DNA of 64,000 nucleotides. Source: Ptychomitrium polyphyllum (taxonomy: Eukaryota). Positions 40,446 to 53,847 of this stretch are shown here, piece after piece. Both the position numbers and the translations under genes were made by a program. The stretch's first letter is position 1. Every line of letters starts with the position of its first letter. Below the pieces are notes generated by a model. It saw nothing but the letters and a program-made list of their open reading frames with translations. It searched no databases and had not been told where the DNA came from. The stretch is from contig OZ316775.1 of assembly GCA_973851085.1 (NCBI GenBank), forward strand, positions 7,192,001 through 7,256,000, read 5' to 3'.

Positions 40446-40926
40446 CTCTCTGCCTCTGTCTCTCTGCGTGCGTACCTGTCACAGCAGTACGACCAGTACA
40501 TAAAACCCCTTCGTCCCAGACCTCCTCCTTGAGCCCCACGTCTTCCAGACAACACGCAGCGCGCGTTCCAAGCATCACGTTCCACCCATCCGGCTGCCCA
40601 GGAGCCCAGCTCCCGTCGCTCCATTCCTTCCTCTCAAACACGTCCACCTTCCAGTCCCGCCGCGCCAACAGCAACGCCAGCAAGGCTCCTGCAGGACCTG
40701 CTCCCACAATCACAGCAGTCTTCCCCTTCTGACTCTCTCCTCCATCGTAACGAACCCCCGCATGTCGTCTCACTCTTCCCCAATACGCCCCACCTGCTCG
40801 CAACTTATCCCTACAGACCTCAGTTCTAACCCACGAAGGCAAACTCAAACTGCCATCGCTCGGCTTCCCAGATTCCCATCCACACCCAGGCCGCGTCCAC
40901 GACGCCGGGCCCACACAGCAATCCAT
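38686..40926 (-). CDS. FAD-dependent monooxygenase (class A flavoprotein hydroxylase, kynurenine 3-monooxygenase-like architecture), ~6 exons
   Basis: VIVGAGPAG Rossmann motif, LVVGADGLHS (DG motif), VLLGDAAH (GD motif) and a hydrophobic C-terminal segment. Exons join in frame via GT-AG sites. Confidence 0.85.
40391..40444. repeat. (TG)~27 microsatellite in intron 1 of the monooxygenase
   Basis: Perfect tg run. Confidence 0.95.
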
Positions 40927-42295
40927 ACTTCACCGAAAACCCCTTAACCCTGCAATTCCACCTCCGAAGCCGCAGGAGTGAGGCTCATCTGTAGTCGTTT
41001 CCTTCACTGCAAAGTCCTGAACCCAGAAGCTTGAAGATAAGCACTTGGTATCAAACAGAAAGAATGACAACCAACATGAGACGGTGATAACCAAAGGACA
41101 TTGATGTTTTCAGCCTGAGAGATTGCAATTCAGTCGCAATCTGCAGAGAACAGTAGAGTGGAAGTAGTGAGCCTTCTGCGAGTCCGCCCTCCCGACGACA
41201 TCCATCCCAACTGCCTCGTTTAGTTTCTCCTCAGTCGATGAACCGCATCCCTATGAGGCTTCATTGCACCTGAGACGACAATAGGACGCAGTTACAGCGA
41301 GCGCCCGTTTCCTGCACGAATCATCTACAATCTGTATACATATGTGTTCCGCACACTAGGTTCTCCGTAGATGTGCGGTTGCACAGCCCTAGCGCCGAGG
41401 GTCATGAGCTTGGGGGCCTCGCTCCATGAAACCTCTGGTTTTTTCAATTTCTCTTGCGTTGATGGTTTCCGGCAACAGGTCGAGCTCCGCCTTCGACTGC
41501 GGGGTGAGTTCCACCAATTTTGTACTCATTCAATCACCTTCGACTTGTTTTGTCTCTTTGCGGTGAGTTATATTCCGACCAAAACCGGAGTCTTTGCGTT
41601 AAGGTAGCCGGGGCTGTCCTCTTGGATTGCCGTTGGGGAGTGACAGTTGGTTGTTGTAGATTCGGGTTTCTTCTGGGGTCGGTCTGCATTGTGTTTCTTG
41701 TGTGGGGTTTCTGGAGTTGTTAGTATTCGGACGGTGGTTTTATTGGTCGGTTTTTCTGGTTTTCAAAGTGGCGATGGAAAGAGCTAGGTCGTTCTTGTAT
41801 TTGTTGACTGGTTAGTTTTTCGTTTCGAGAGTTCCGTGTTTGGTTCCTTGAAGAGTCTCAGGTTAATTTTTCATAGGCAATGTTGGGGTTGTTTGTGTGT
41901 TCCGGTGGTTGGTTGGACGTGTCTTCTTTGAGCAGAGCGAAGGAACGTCGTCATGGAGTTAGTGGTTAGTAGAAAAATGTAGGGTTTAAGAGCTGTTGAA
42001 TATTGCGTGGGAGTTTTCGCGTCTTGGTTTTGCGTTTATATGAGCTTTGTACTCATCACATTGTTTTCCTTTCTGAGGAGTTTTAGTAATGTGTACCTTG
42101 AGGAGCACTCTGAGAATGCTCCGAGTGTTTCTTTGATAGAGGTTGTCAGAGGCTCGGCTTCTGTCGTTGAGTTCGAAATAACAACCTTGTACTGATGGAT
42201 TTGCCAGGGTTGTGCTCGGCTATCCTGCGCATTGGGTGTTGAGGCAAACAGGTCAAGAAAAGAAAGGGAAGTGGGGTAGGAGTAGGGCTGGAGAG

Positions 42296-45200
42296 ATGGC
42301 AAAGTCTGCGGGAAAACCTAAAGCGACATCGCCATCAGTCACCACAGGCTCATCCTCGTACACAGGCTCCTCTTCAGCATCAGGCTCGAGATCAAGGTCA
42401 CGATCGTCTTCATCCTCTGGAAGCGAGACATCCAGGAGTCGGAGCCCTCCAGCAAAAACAAGGTAGTTTGATCCCAACAACTAAGACATGCATTTAGTCA
42501 AATCCTAAAAATATTGTTTTAGTTCATGAAAGTGTCTCTTGGGTTCTTGTCTGATACAAGGATTTTCCCAAGCAGTGAAAACGTGTTACAGGAGGTCAGA
42601 AATGGATTTGAAATTTTTTGGAGGGGGCATCTATTGTTACCTCCACTTAAGTATCCACGGGCTTGTTCATTACACATCCATTCTCAGAATATCTAACACA
42701 ATGTTGTATTGTCGATTCCTTTGCCTGATCTTTTTCTTTGCAGTATTCAACTTAGGAACGAGAAGTGAACCCCCCCCTTTTTTTTTATGTTGTGTGTAGT
42801 GATGTTGCAAAGAAGATCAAACCATCCTCGCCCCCACCGAAGAAAGCTTCTCCAGTGAAGTAAGCGATTTTTTAATTTTATCTGTGTGAATGTCATGTTT
42901 CGAGCTTGCAAAAGACACCCTCTACCTTTTATTGATTCTCGCATATGCTGAGTCTTCGTTTAGTATCTAAGATATGAGTGTGTTCTCTGTTTTTGAATTA
43001 CACACGGCATTGTAAGCTTATCAGCTAATTGTGTACTAATTGTCTTACATCTTTTGGAGTGCAGAAAATTACGCACTCCGACTCCAGAGTCCACTGTACT
43101 GCATGTTGGTTGTCTTACGCGAAATGTAAACGAAGCACATTTAAAAGAGATATTTGGTATGTATGCTAAGTTCTCTGTTCTTGTGTCATGTGGATACGAA
43201 TGTTTCTGGGGTTTTTTCCCTTTTCCATTATGTGCCCTGCTTGTAAGATTCGCCACATGGTGGTGTCAGGATCTTTACTTGTCTAAAATTTGAAGTGACT
43301 TTGGCGTACTGATATGCTGCAGGAAATTATGGGGAGGTTGTGAACGTGGAGCTGGCTATTGACCGCTCTGTAAGTCATCTATGCTCTTCTTTCACAGTCA
43401 TTTCAGTTTTGATTGCATATCCATAGAAGAGGATATCCTTTCTATAGTCTTTTTTTCCCTTTTCTTTGTCTTAATGATCGTTTCTGAAAGTCCTCATTGA
43501 GCTGGTTTGTTTTTTTACATCATGAATTATCTTATGTTTGTGGTATTGATCTAGTAGTCCTTGACCGAAGTGATATGTAGATATTTTACTTATTTTGACA
43601 CGTCCTGCAATCTCCTATGTTTTTGGTTGAAGGGGCTTTATTGAGCTTATGCTTTAACCAAATAATATGTTTAATGATGTTATGAACAGGTGAATCTGCC
43701 TAAAGGGTTCGGCTATGTCGTGTTCAAATCAAGAGTTGATGCCGAGAAGGCATTGGCGCACATGGACGGGGTTTGTGCCTTTCCGAAGGCTTATGAGGAC
43801 GTTGTATTTGATTCGGTTTCCTCTTTCCTAGAATCACTATTATCTGATTTCTATGACACGGTTGAGTGTCCCAGTCAGAATAAGCTCATAGGCATTTTGT
43901 GTAAAACGATTGGTATTGCTGGAATTCTTGCAATGAGATACAATGAAATCATATTGGTGCCACTTTGCCAATCATCCGATCTGTATTTTGGGACATGATA
44001 CTGGTGCAGGGTCAAATCGATGGAAACATTGTGAGTGCACAGTTTATTCTGGTGCCGAGGAAAAAGCCAACGCCCCCTCTTGTGAAAAGAGACGTCTCAC
44101 CTCCTCCAAAGAGGGAGATCATGAACCGAGATATGCCTCCACGAGATCCATTGAAGGATGGCCCACGCCGTCGTGACTGTAAGAAATACTCCTCACACTT
44201 TTTTCCTTGATGTTGGCCGTGCTTCAAATATGGTCAGAAGTGGTTTTTGCATTGCACTGATTTTGACTTAAGTATAAATTTACAGCTCCACCGATTCATA
44301 GAGGACGATCACCATCTCCTCCCCCTCGAAGACGCTCCGTGTCACCCAAAAGGAGAATGGTTGACTCACCACCACGTAGACGGCCTCCTGTGGTGTCTCC
44401 TCGCCGGCGCTCTCCTTCGCCTTTCCGTCGCCGCCGCCATTCACCTATTAGGTGTGACATCTCACATCTGAGCACTTTGCATTTCTGTAAAGTGTTATTT
44501 TTCGAGAGAATCTCAACTAATATTTAAACAAGAATTTTTTTTGTTAGGTCTCCTCTAAGAAGAATACGAGGTAGCCCAGTAGGACGTCAACGTTCTTCAC
44601 CACCATACAGAAGAAGGTTAGTGTATCTGATATGTTTGTGTTTTTATTTTTGTAGTTTGAATTAGTTCTTGTTTTCTATGAACTTCGCTTGGTCACAGAG
44701 AGAGCAGTGTTGGTCACAAACAGCTTAGTGTCTAGAGGTTATTCTGATTAGCTGTCTTCAATTCTATGCTGGTGCTGTATGAGCCAGTAGCTCATATTTT
44801 TGGCTTCTACTCGGATGCAGATCTCCGCCTGGGAGACGTGTAAGATCACCACCGCCGCGCAGATCCCCACCAAGACGCCGTGTTAGCCGATCTCCACCGC
44901 TGCGCCGACCACTTCGTTCACGCTCAAGATCTCGTTCAGCTCCGAGAAGGTATTTAATGTTTTTCTGGGTCGTATTTCCTGATCATAGAACGCCATATAG
45001 TGCGGATTTATTTAATAACTAGATTTTATTTTATCTGGTATATCTTTTGATGATTGAAATTTCCTTGAATCATTTCATCATTTGCAGAGCACGCTCTCCT
45101 ATTGGCAAGCGTGGAAAGTCAACCTCTTACTCGTCTTCACCAAGCCCTGCAAAGAAGGTCATTTACCTTTCTCTAAGTGTCTACCTATAGAATCTATATG

Positions 45201-45822
45201 AAAGATGATTTTGCTGTTATAGGCCTCTAGGCTTCAGTTGTAAAATATATACTGGCCGGTTGCCCTCACTTAAATTAAATTCTTTTGTGCTTTTCAGAAG
45301 TCTCAACTGAACTTATTAATATTACATATGTGCTTTCATAAAGGTTGTTTGAAAACCAGGTTCGTAGATTACAGTCACTTGGGATTCAGTGTGTGTTTCT
45401 CATATAATTCTACTGTTCCGGAGATTCTACTTTCTGACTTTTCTTTGGTTGCTATGTCCTTCTCTGTAGCGCGCTTCTCCTCCTCGCGGAGCTAAGAAGT
45501 TCTCGAACAGCCGAAGCCCCAAGAAGTAAGCAACGCTTGCTCGATCTTGGCAGTGTTTATCTTGACATCTCGTTTGGACGACAACAAACTTGCAACTCCC
45601 ACAAATTTAGCTGCTGATTACTATGTAGGAAGTAGTATGCACTACTGGAATTATTAATTCATCATATAACTTCTAACTGACTTGGCAGATGCTAAATATG
45701 TAATGTGATTGTATGGCGCTGATAATCAATATCGTCTATTGCTGCTGACCTACAGGGCCATGGCTAACAGCAGCCCTAGCGGTCGAAGCAGCTCTCCATC
45801 ACCAACAAAGAGCAGCCAGTGA
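42296..45822 (+). CDS. SR45: SR45 / RNPS1-like splicing factor (RS-RRM-RS), multi-exon; probable 5' UTR intron 41504-42251
   Basis: MAKS...SGSRSRSRSSSS, RRM LHVGCLTRNVNEAHLKEIFG-NYGEVVNVELAIDRS-VNLPKGFGYVVFKSRVDAEKALAHMDG-GQIDGN, C-terminal RRSPSP repeats, TGA at 45820-45822. Confidence 0.93.
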
Positions 45823-48800
45823 GTTGAAGTGGAGTTGAAGTTTATTATTGTAAGGTAGTATCTGTTTGTATAATTCATGTCAGGCACAGAATCAATGCGA
45901 GCATTATTCAATGGCCGGAATCGCTAGTTGATTGCAGGGCATTTGAAAGGCTGCTGCTTCTGCAGCAGATCGAAAGTGTTACAGCAAGAAATGGCTTGAC
46001 CATTTTGAACAAAGGAATAAACTTAGGATTATGTTTCTAAAGTGCTAATATCAATATCTGCTTTTTCTGTAGGGCCCGAGGGAAACCACTTCCAGTCAAG
46101 AACTGAGTCTTTTGTCATAAGACTATGGCATCGTTCCACATTCCAGCAGGGGAATATCTTTCTCTCAGCTATCTACTGATGTGCGAAATGTATGTGGCGC
46201 ATGGATAGGTGCTTGCATCCTGTTTTCTTTTCTGGGTATCTTATCTTTTCTTCTGCTATTTTCTGTCTAGTTGTGAGTAGAATCAGTGGTCTTGACTGTC
46301 AATGTTTTTGCAGATTATTTAGTTGCTATACCTGTGTTAGTGGATTACCAGTTAAGTTTTGTGCAAGGACTGTTGAAGAGATCTATAATGGAGGGATGGA
46401 GGGAGAGTTTTTAGATTTTATTTGTTTTACTCCGTTTTGGGACGTGCAACCTGCCGTCTGTTATTTGCTCAGGCGATGCAGTTTGGCTAGCAACTGATGC
46501 GTTCGTCAACAAAATCTGGGGCCTTTTTGGTAATTAAGGTTGCGCACTTCACCAACAGTTCTATGGAAGGACTTGGGGACGTTTTTCGTTGAAAGGGTTT
46601 GGAGATGTTCCGTATGCAGCAGCTGAAGTTCTGAAGGGAATCAATGGGGAGATTGTGAATGGGTCACAAGAGATGATTTACCAAACTCTGTAGGAACCAT
46701 AGCATGTGCAGAACTTAATGCTATCTGTATTTCTGATCCAATGTTTCCATCGAGTACATGACTGTTGATATGTCCAAGACTTTGAGAATTGGAGAGTCCT
46801 TGAGTCCAGATAGTTAAATGTTTTCGAGCAATCCTGTTGTAACTCTGCAGAATACAAAGATCATACTGATGTTTCAGCGAAGGGGCTTAAGTCCGCTTTG
46901 TTTTCTCTAATGGGGCTTTTCATCCGTCTGTTGGAATGTGGCTAGCCGTGGTGACTGGTAGATAACAGAACAGCTGCTGAGGGATTGCTTTGCTAACACC
47001 GGAACACTTCTTCCTCTCAGTTTGCTATATTGTGAATAATGAATTGGTTAGTGTTTGAAGTTGTTGGTGGGTGGCTAAGGTGGTGATACATTGTTGACAG
47101 CCAGGATTGTGATCTATTTAATGGTCTGCCGGTACAGTATTGATAGTCAGTTGTGGTTTGTTGAAGTTGAAGGCTGTGAACTTACAATACGTGTCTGGTT
47201 GTGGAGTCACATGAGCTCCACTCATGTGGTTGGGAAAGCGGATTTGAGGTCAAGGGAATGCTGGGCAGTCGAAAGACGTTGGAAGGAGCAGCCTATTGAC
47301 AAGTTTTCACTTGTACATTCTCTATGATCGAGTCTGAAGTATGTGGACACCGGGCATCAAGCAATCATTATTATTTGGCTCATCTTGCTGTGCACGGCTG
47401 GATTAATGTTAAAGTCTATTATAGGCCAATTTTTTCTCCCATGTACTTGAAGTCAACCAGTTTGCATATGTGTGTGCAAGGTTCGTACATCCTGTAGAAT
47501 TTGAGCAATCACCCAACATGAAACAAATCCAACTCTGAATAGATCAGACTTCACAGTTACTACCGTTCAACAGACTAACAATGAGAAGGTAATTACGGTA
47601 AGTGCGATAGACTGATAACACAAGTCGACATTGTGAACTAGTGGGCGACATGAACAGATTATGGTTGCGGTTCCTGGGGATTTAGATTCTAAGAACTCAC
47701 GAACAAGTTCTCGAGCTGGAAGAATCATGGCAGCGATGGGTCGATTCTCAAAAGTGCAACTTCGCATGGTGACCGCTCACTACCAATACCTCCTGTGCTG
47801 CCAATTCCTATATAACCATAAATACATAACCATCGCATGATTACATATCAAGCCCTTGAAAATTATGTCTCAAGTTATAAGCATATAGGCACTAGACGTG
47901 TTCATTTCAGCAATATTGTGGTACCTAGACTAAGTTCCAAGAACGTCAGTACTGGAAAATGAGCTGGAAAAATGATGAGACAAGCAGTGAGCAGACAGAG
48001 TTAGACAAGAGTATTGGTGATGGTTCTCTTGCAGAAGGGGTGTTCCAGACATCCTTGCAGCCACCAAGGGGTTCAATATGGGGCAGCTTTGAATCCTTCG
48101 TTTTCAGCATCTGCATCTGGTTGTCCACCGCTATTGATTCTAGATCAGCATGCAGTGCAATCAGTTTAATGTAGCTTGTTTCTGGATCCTCGGTTTCTTC
48201 ACCTCCTGTTTCAACTTTACCTCACCAGAACATCAGCAAGAAATACTATCGGATACTTCGAACATCAAATCATACAATAGGAGCAAAAACACTTCGTTTC
48301 TTTCAATGCTTGATATCCAACTAACGCATTTTCAGATTCTCTATCTCAGAGCCTCGAATCCTGAACCATACAATCAGAACCTGAGGGCAAACAGGTCATT
48401 TAGCCGATACGGTGACCATAGATTTTCCAAATAGCAAACACCAATCACTATCGAAAACCCACAAATAACCATCGAATTTGCAGATTCATTTAGACTGATT
48501 GGTTTAAGAGAATCCTGATCGAAGGCACTTCTCAAAGAATACTTTCCACTGTTTCAATGACCTAAGTCTCAATGACCTCGAAAACAATAGAACAAACTCA
48601 AAAGAAACGCTCTGTAGATCGAATCTTTGACGGAATCTGACGACACCTGAATAAATGCCCGTGTTCGTGACAGGAGAAGATGCAACAGAATCTGTGTTCA
48701 CTTGTTGAGGAATCGTTTGGGTCGGTCGAGTAGTTCCTGGTCCGCCTGGAGAGACGATAGAAGTCTTGGATTGATCTTCTTTGTGAACATAACTCCACTA

Positions 48801-49283
48801 CTAAAGAGACATGTCGGAGTCGTACTACTCGGTCTGTTTTCATTCCAAACTGGAAGGTTTCTCTGACCTGAATGTTTTTGCAAACTTCAAGAAAGCGTTT
48901 ATGCATTGCACTTTTTTCTCGGTGCACATTAATATTTAGGCAGTTCAACATATTTTTATCCAAATGCTAGACTTGGATCACTAAGGTGATTTGGTATACT
49001 TTATCGATAAGATCATAAAGCCAGTCTCCGAGCTCAAAGCACAACCCAAAGCCAAAAGTGCAGGAACGAAAAACTAAATATGTTCGAACAACCTTTGTGA
49101 CACTTCGATGCTCACACTTCAAGCTACAAGAAATCGTTTAAACCAGGTGATGCAGACTCCACTTTAAGTCCCGTCCATTCAGCACTGGAGGATCCTCCAT
49201 ATCTTAATTCTTGAGAGTCTACAAAGAATCAAAAAGTAAAAGAAGTCGAAACTAAGAGGCAGACACGCATGCGGGCACTTTCC

Positions 49284-52200
49284 TCAACACGCGCTAGTAT
49301 GGGTACTCACAGGTGGCCGTTCTCTAACCTCAGCCACTGGTATATAGACAATACGTCTCCCATTTGCAGGAAGTCCAATTCCTCCATTTCCAAAATTGTT
49401 ATCGGCTTCACAACTTCGGTCCTCATCGTCTACTACTCTTGTAGTTCTGGCAAAATCGTCCAGAGTTTGCTTGAGTTCAAGCAGTCGTAGTTGCACCTCA
49501 TCCAGTTTCTCACTTAGGTATGCATTTGAATTGTCCTCATTTTCAAACAATGTGCTTTCAGTGTCAGCCGCCTGCTCAGAAGCTAGAGTCTTAACACCAT
49601 TAACAGAGTTCACACCCTTTGAGCTTGATGCAACCAGATGTGGTCGCTTGGAGGATACCAATCCTTTTCTCAGGGCCTGATGCCGTTGATTCTTAAACCA
49701 TCCATGAACCTGTACATAAGAGGAAGGAGATTCCAATTTTCACTAAGTCAAAGAGTGAAACGGCAAATACATTCAGCTTGCCAAGGTACACAACAAACAG
49801 ACCGTGGAAATGCAAGTCAATTGACCAGGGGACTGTCCAAATAGGATATAACAACCCTACACAAACTCACCTGGGAAAAGCTCAACCCAAGCTGAGTTGC
49901 CAATTCCTCTTTATGAGATTTTGAGGGCAGCGTATTCACTACTACAACACGTCGTAACGCCTGCACTCAATGTAAAATGATGTCAGCCACGGATCAATGC
50001 TGAATCATGTCCTGTAATGATCGTGACTAGTTTCAAAGCAAGATACTAACTTCACAGCATCCAACTTCAAACTCTCGCACAAGCAAAATATCCAACGATG
50101 CGTGACCAAAGTGTGATCTGTTAGCCCATAAGTCACTCCTGTGACGAAGCGGCTGTTGCTCACCCCAAAAACAATTTTTTTTTTCAAGGTGAACAATAAT
50201 TGAGAATTGGATGCGGGCGAAATTCCCGCCAATGGCTGAAATGTTCAGTCGACTCTCCTCCCTTTGTAGGAGGTCCGGCAGCCTCCGAGTTGGAAGTAAG
50301 CAAAACGGGAGGAGGAAAGAGGCACCACTATCAATGACCTCCTGATACATACACAACCTTCTAACTACCATACACTTGAGATTGTGGCATACCTCAACTG
50401 CAGAATCGGGCAACCGTCTCCACATTCGCTTGTCTCTCTCTCCAAGAGTATCAGTAGCTCCGTCACCTTGAGAAGCAGACGGTAGATCTGATCGCGCTCT
50501 TCTACGTCGAACTTGAGGGCGTCTAGGCCTACTTGGGTCATCAGGAATGGTTCTTCTTCGACGACGTCCCGGACCCCAATCCTCATCGTCAGAAGCAACG
50601 TTGTCATCATCAATCTCCGTGTTCCCAAACATTTCCTTCAGCAAGACCGAGATATTTGTTCAGAGAGCTCTGCGATTAGAAAACTTAGCAAAAATGTACA
50701 GGACGCCTCTGAAAACTACAAAACAGTCCAAATAGCCCCTACATTCATCTATTTGCAAACGTCTCATACCCGTGTCCTCATGCAGACCGACCCTAAGTTC
50801 CAAAATCAAGTCCGAAAACGGCCTGAGATGGAGGATTTACTATCAAGTACCCATAGAGCAAAAGTTCGCTGCCCCCAGCATACTCGTCAAATGATGTCGA
50901 TGCACAAAGCATGACACGAGCATGCACTTCATTAAGACTTACATCGTATAGCCTCTTGTAATCCACAGCTTTTCGATTTCTTTTCCCTCCTATAACCATA
51001 GCTTCCTCGTCTGATGCTGATTCTTCTGCTTGTGAGTCCCTAAGTTCTAAACCTAGTATAGCATCACCATCCTTAAACTCATCAACAAGAGAGACCTCGG
51101 AATCATCACTGTCCGAAAAAACTCCAGTTACTTTACTTTTAAGTCTCTTTAAATTAGTCGCATCACTTGGGTCTTGTTCATCATTGTCATTCAGAGGCAC
51201 CCCGTTTTCCCTGAAGCCATTTCCTGAGTCACTATCATCCCTATCTTCCCCGTCGCCATCACTTTCACCTTCACTTCCGCTATTTACCCGCTTCTCCCCG
51301 CCTTCAGGGTCATAGTCATCATCTTGTGAGTCTGAGGAAGGGAAATCACCATCAGCCCCGTCTTGAGTTCCACCGCCTGCAGCTATGAGAGCTTCCGTGG
51401 CAAACAACATCTGCGAGTGGCCGAAAAATCAGCACACAGTTCAAACTTTACTATAAAGAAACGCAAGCGTCCTGCATACTCCGGACATATTGATGGATCC
51501 AATGAAGAGATCCAAACATCTGTTGTAAAGTAGTTCTCCAGTCTCTACATTCTAAGACTTCTTAATGCTACACACCCCCTGCCAACTATACAGCAACCTG
51601 AGTTCTTAAATAGTGTATCACAATTTATATAACATACAGCAGAATGAGCATAGCGCTCACCTCCCAGCTATTTTCCACCTCGAAGTTAGTGCCCAAGTAT
51701 GCATTAATCACTTCAATGCACTCCATCTTGCAGTCACACACTGGACACAACCACCCTTCATCTCCAGGAGGAACTGCACACCCCAATGAGCAATTGGTTA
51801 CCACGCACGCAATTTGCAAACCTCCAATGTATGACACCGAAAAAGAAACAGAAGTATCTCGAACTTCGTCTTGTAAACTTAGACGTTACGACACGAACAA
51901 CTGTGAGGCGAAACACGTACGACATTCCCTAGGATGTGTTACTCAAAGACAAATAAATACAAAAGCTTAGGTCCTCTTAACAAAGAACCCTCACTAGCTT
52001 GTGAAAGAAATTGTTCAAGCATTTGCACGTTAACACGAAAAAATGATAACCGCAGTGGTATGTTGAAAACTGACAACCCCTGTACAAACGGGTAACTCAC
52101 GGGTACCTACTGCACAACACTCTCTGAATAGGTCCCAAACCACACATCAAGTGGAACTGAAATCGTGCTTCAGTATTGGTAAGATAATGGACTGTGTAGA

Positions 52201-53617
52201 TAATTCGCACGACTGAGATTGCAGCAGACGCTCTTACTGTTTATTGTAGCTAAAGGCGGATCTAAGCAGTACTGATGGAAGCCTCTGTTGCAAGCTCCGT
52301 CGCACAAGATGATGTCATTATCAGGAAGAGCGTCTTGAGATTTGCACTTGGCACAAAAAATCTGCATCCAATGTTTGCAAAAACACTGTATTTGAGCGAT
52401 GTAAAGGGCAACAATCTAAACAGAAAAGCCCAGGAATTCGAAAGCGGCTGCAAAATTTTCCTCAGCATGTAAAATTGACCCAACCAGCCCTCTGGAGCAG
52501 AGGAGAGAGAGGATTGAATGACGCCAATAATTAACTACGGTATCTCCTTACAAGCTGCTATGTAGACACAAACCCTAAAACTGCTATTGCACGTCCGAGA
52601 GAATTCAGTTGGAGGCTTTTACAGAATGTGCTGAGGACATGGTCACCACGTGAAGATCCTAAGAGATCCGTACAATTGACTACTATGCCTGCATTGCTTG
52701 CAGATGTTAGAACATACCTCTTCATGATAAACGCGGCCCTCAGCATCAAATGCATTCTCATCAAGAGAACCTTCTAATCCCAAGTCGTCCAGTTCATGTA
52801 TAGCCTCCCGTATGGCTAACTTAGAATGTAAAATCTGCGCCTCAGCACGCTGTAATTCCTGCTCCGGCCTGATCTTCTCACGACTACACATGCCAAGAGC
52901 ACAATTTCGATGTGAACAGACCGTGGGCATCACCAATTGAAGATTTGAAAAGGCAATAGAAAGAGACAGAGAGCACTGCCAAAATCGACCGCAAGTCCAG
53001 AGACTAGTGTAATCAAGGAAAAAGAAAACAGGCATTACACAATTAACCAAGATCGGTTTCCGCAAATCACCATAGCAAAGCCACCAAACCTTATTCGAAC
53101 CGCTCCGAACAAGGTCCACCAATGCTGAACTTCCCAAGCATGATCACTCCATCGAACGTACTCGCAAACCTCAAGGAACCCAGTGAACAAAAACAACAAG
53201 AGCATCAACTCACCTCTGCCCCTTCCAACCCTCCCCAGAATACGCATCCAGCAGGTTCTGGTCGACTCGCATTTTCATCAGCAAGTACTTCACCCGTCTC
53301 TTGATCCTGGTGCGATTGTCCAGCACCACGTCCAAGTTCTTCCTCCTCGTCCTCCTCCGTCGTCGCCGTCGCCGCCGCCGCCGCTGCCCCACCGCCTCCG
53401 CATCCACCCCTCCTCCCACCTCAAAGCCTCCCTCGCCCTCAGGTGACGACGACGCAACCCCCACCTCACCATCGCCCTCGCCCTCCCCCTCGCTCGCTGC
53501 CCCCTGCTGCATCTGAGCTCGCGACGAGTGCGATCGCCGCATCTTGGCCGTGGGCACCCCAGTCGCAGAGTGAGGATGTACCTCCTCCTCCACGCCCGTG
53601 GGCACCACGGCCACCAT
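49284..53617 (-). CDS. PRH: PHD-finger homeodomain protein, PRH/HAT3.1 family (PRH-like), 8 exons
   Basis: [38 protein letters not shown] finger CAKC...[22 protein letters not shown]...WLCPVC; DYKRLYDEMFG; homeodomain ...[17 protein letters not shown]-terminal [12 protein letters not shown] typical of PRH. Confidence 0.92.
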
Positions 53618-53790
53618 CCCCCTCGCCCCTCTCGCCTCACCCCAATTTGGGTCGCCCCCCCAAACCTAGCGCCATCCCTCCATGCCCCAGCTCCTGCACC
53701 TGCCCTCTCCTGTAATGAGACTCTGCAACGCCGCCGCAACCTCCACACAGGGCCTGCGAACGCATGAAACGCTGATGGCAACGCCTTCCC

Positions 53791-53814
53791 CTCTCTCTCT
53801 CTCTCACACTCACA

Positions 53815-53845
<31 letters not shown>
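53791..53845. repeat. (CT)n-(CA)n compound microsatellite upstream of the PRH start
   Basis: ctctctctctctctcacactcacactcacacacacaca... Confidence 0.9.

Positions 53846-53847
<2 letters not shown>

Noticed and set aside
39994..40926. Single 310-aa ORF with an HTHTHT run
   Set aside because: Read-through of intron 1, which contains the (CA)n microsatellite (GT-AG sites at 40475 and 40345).
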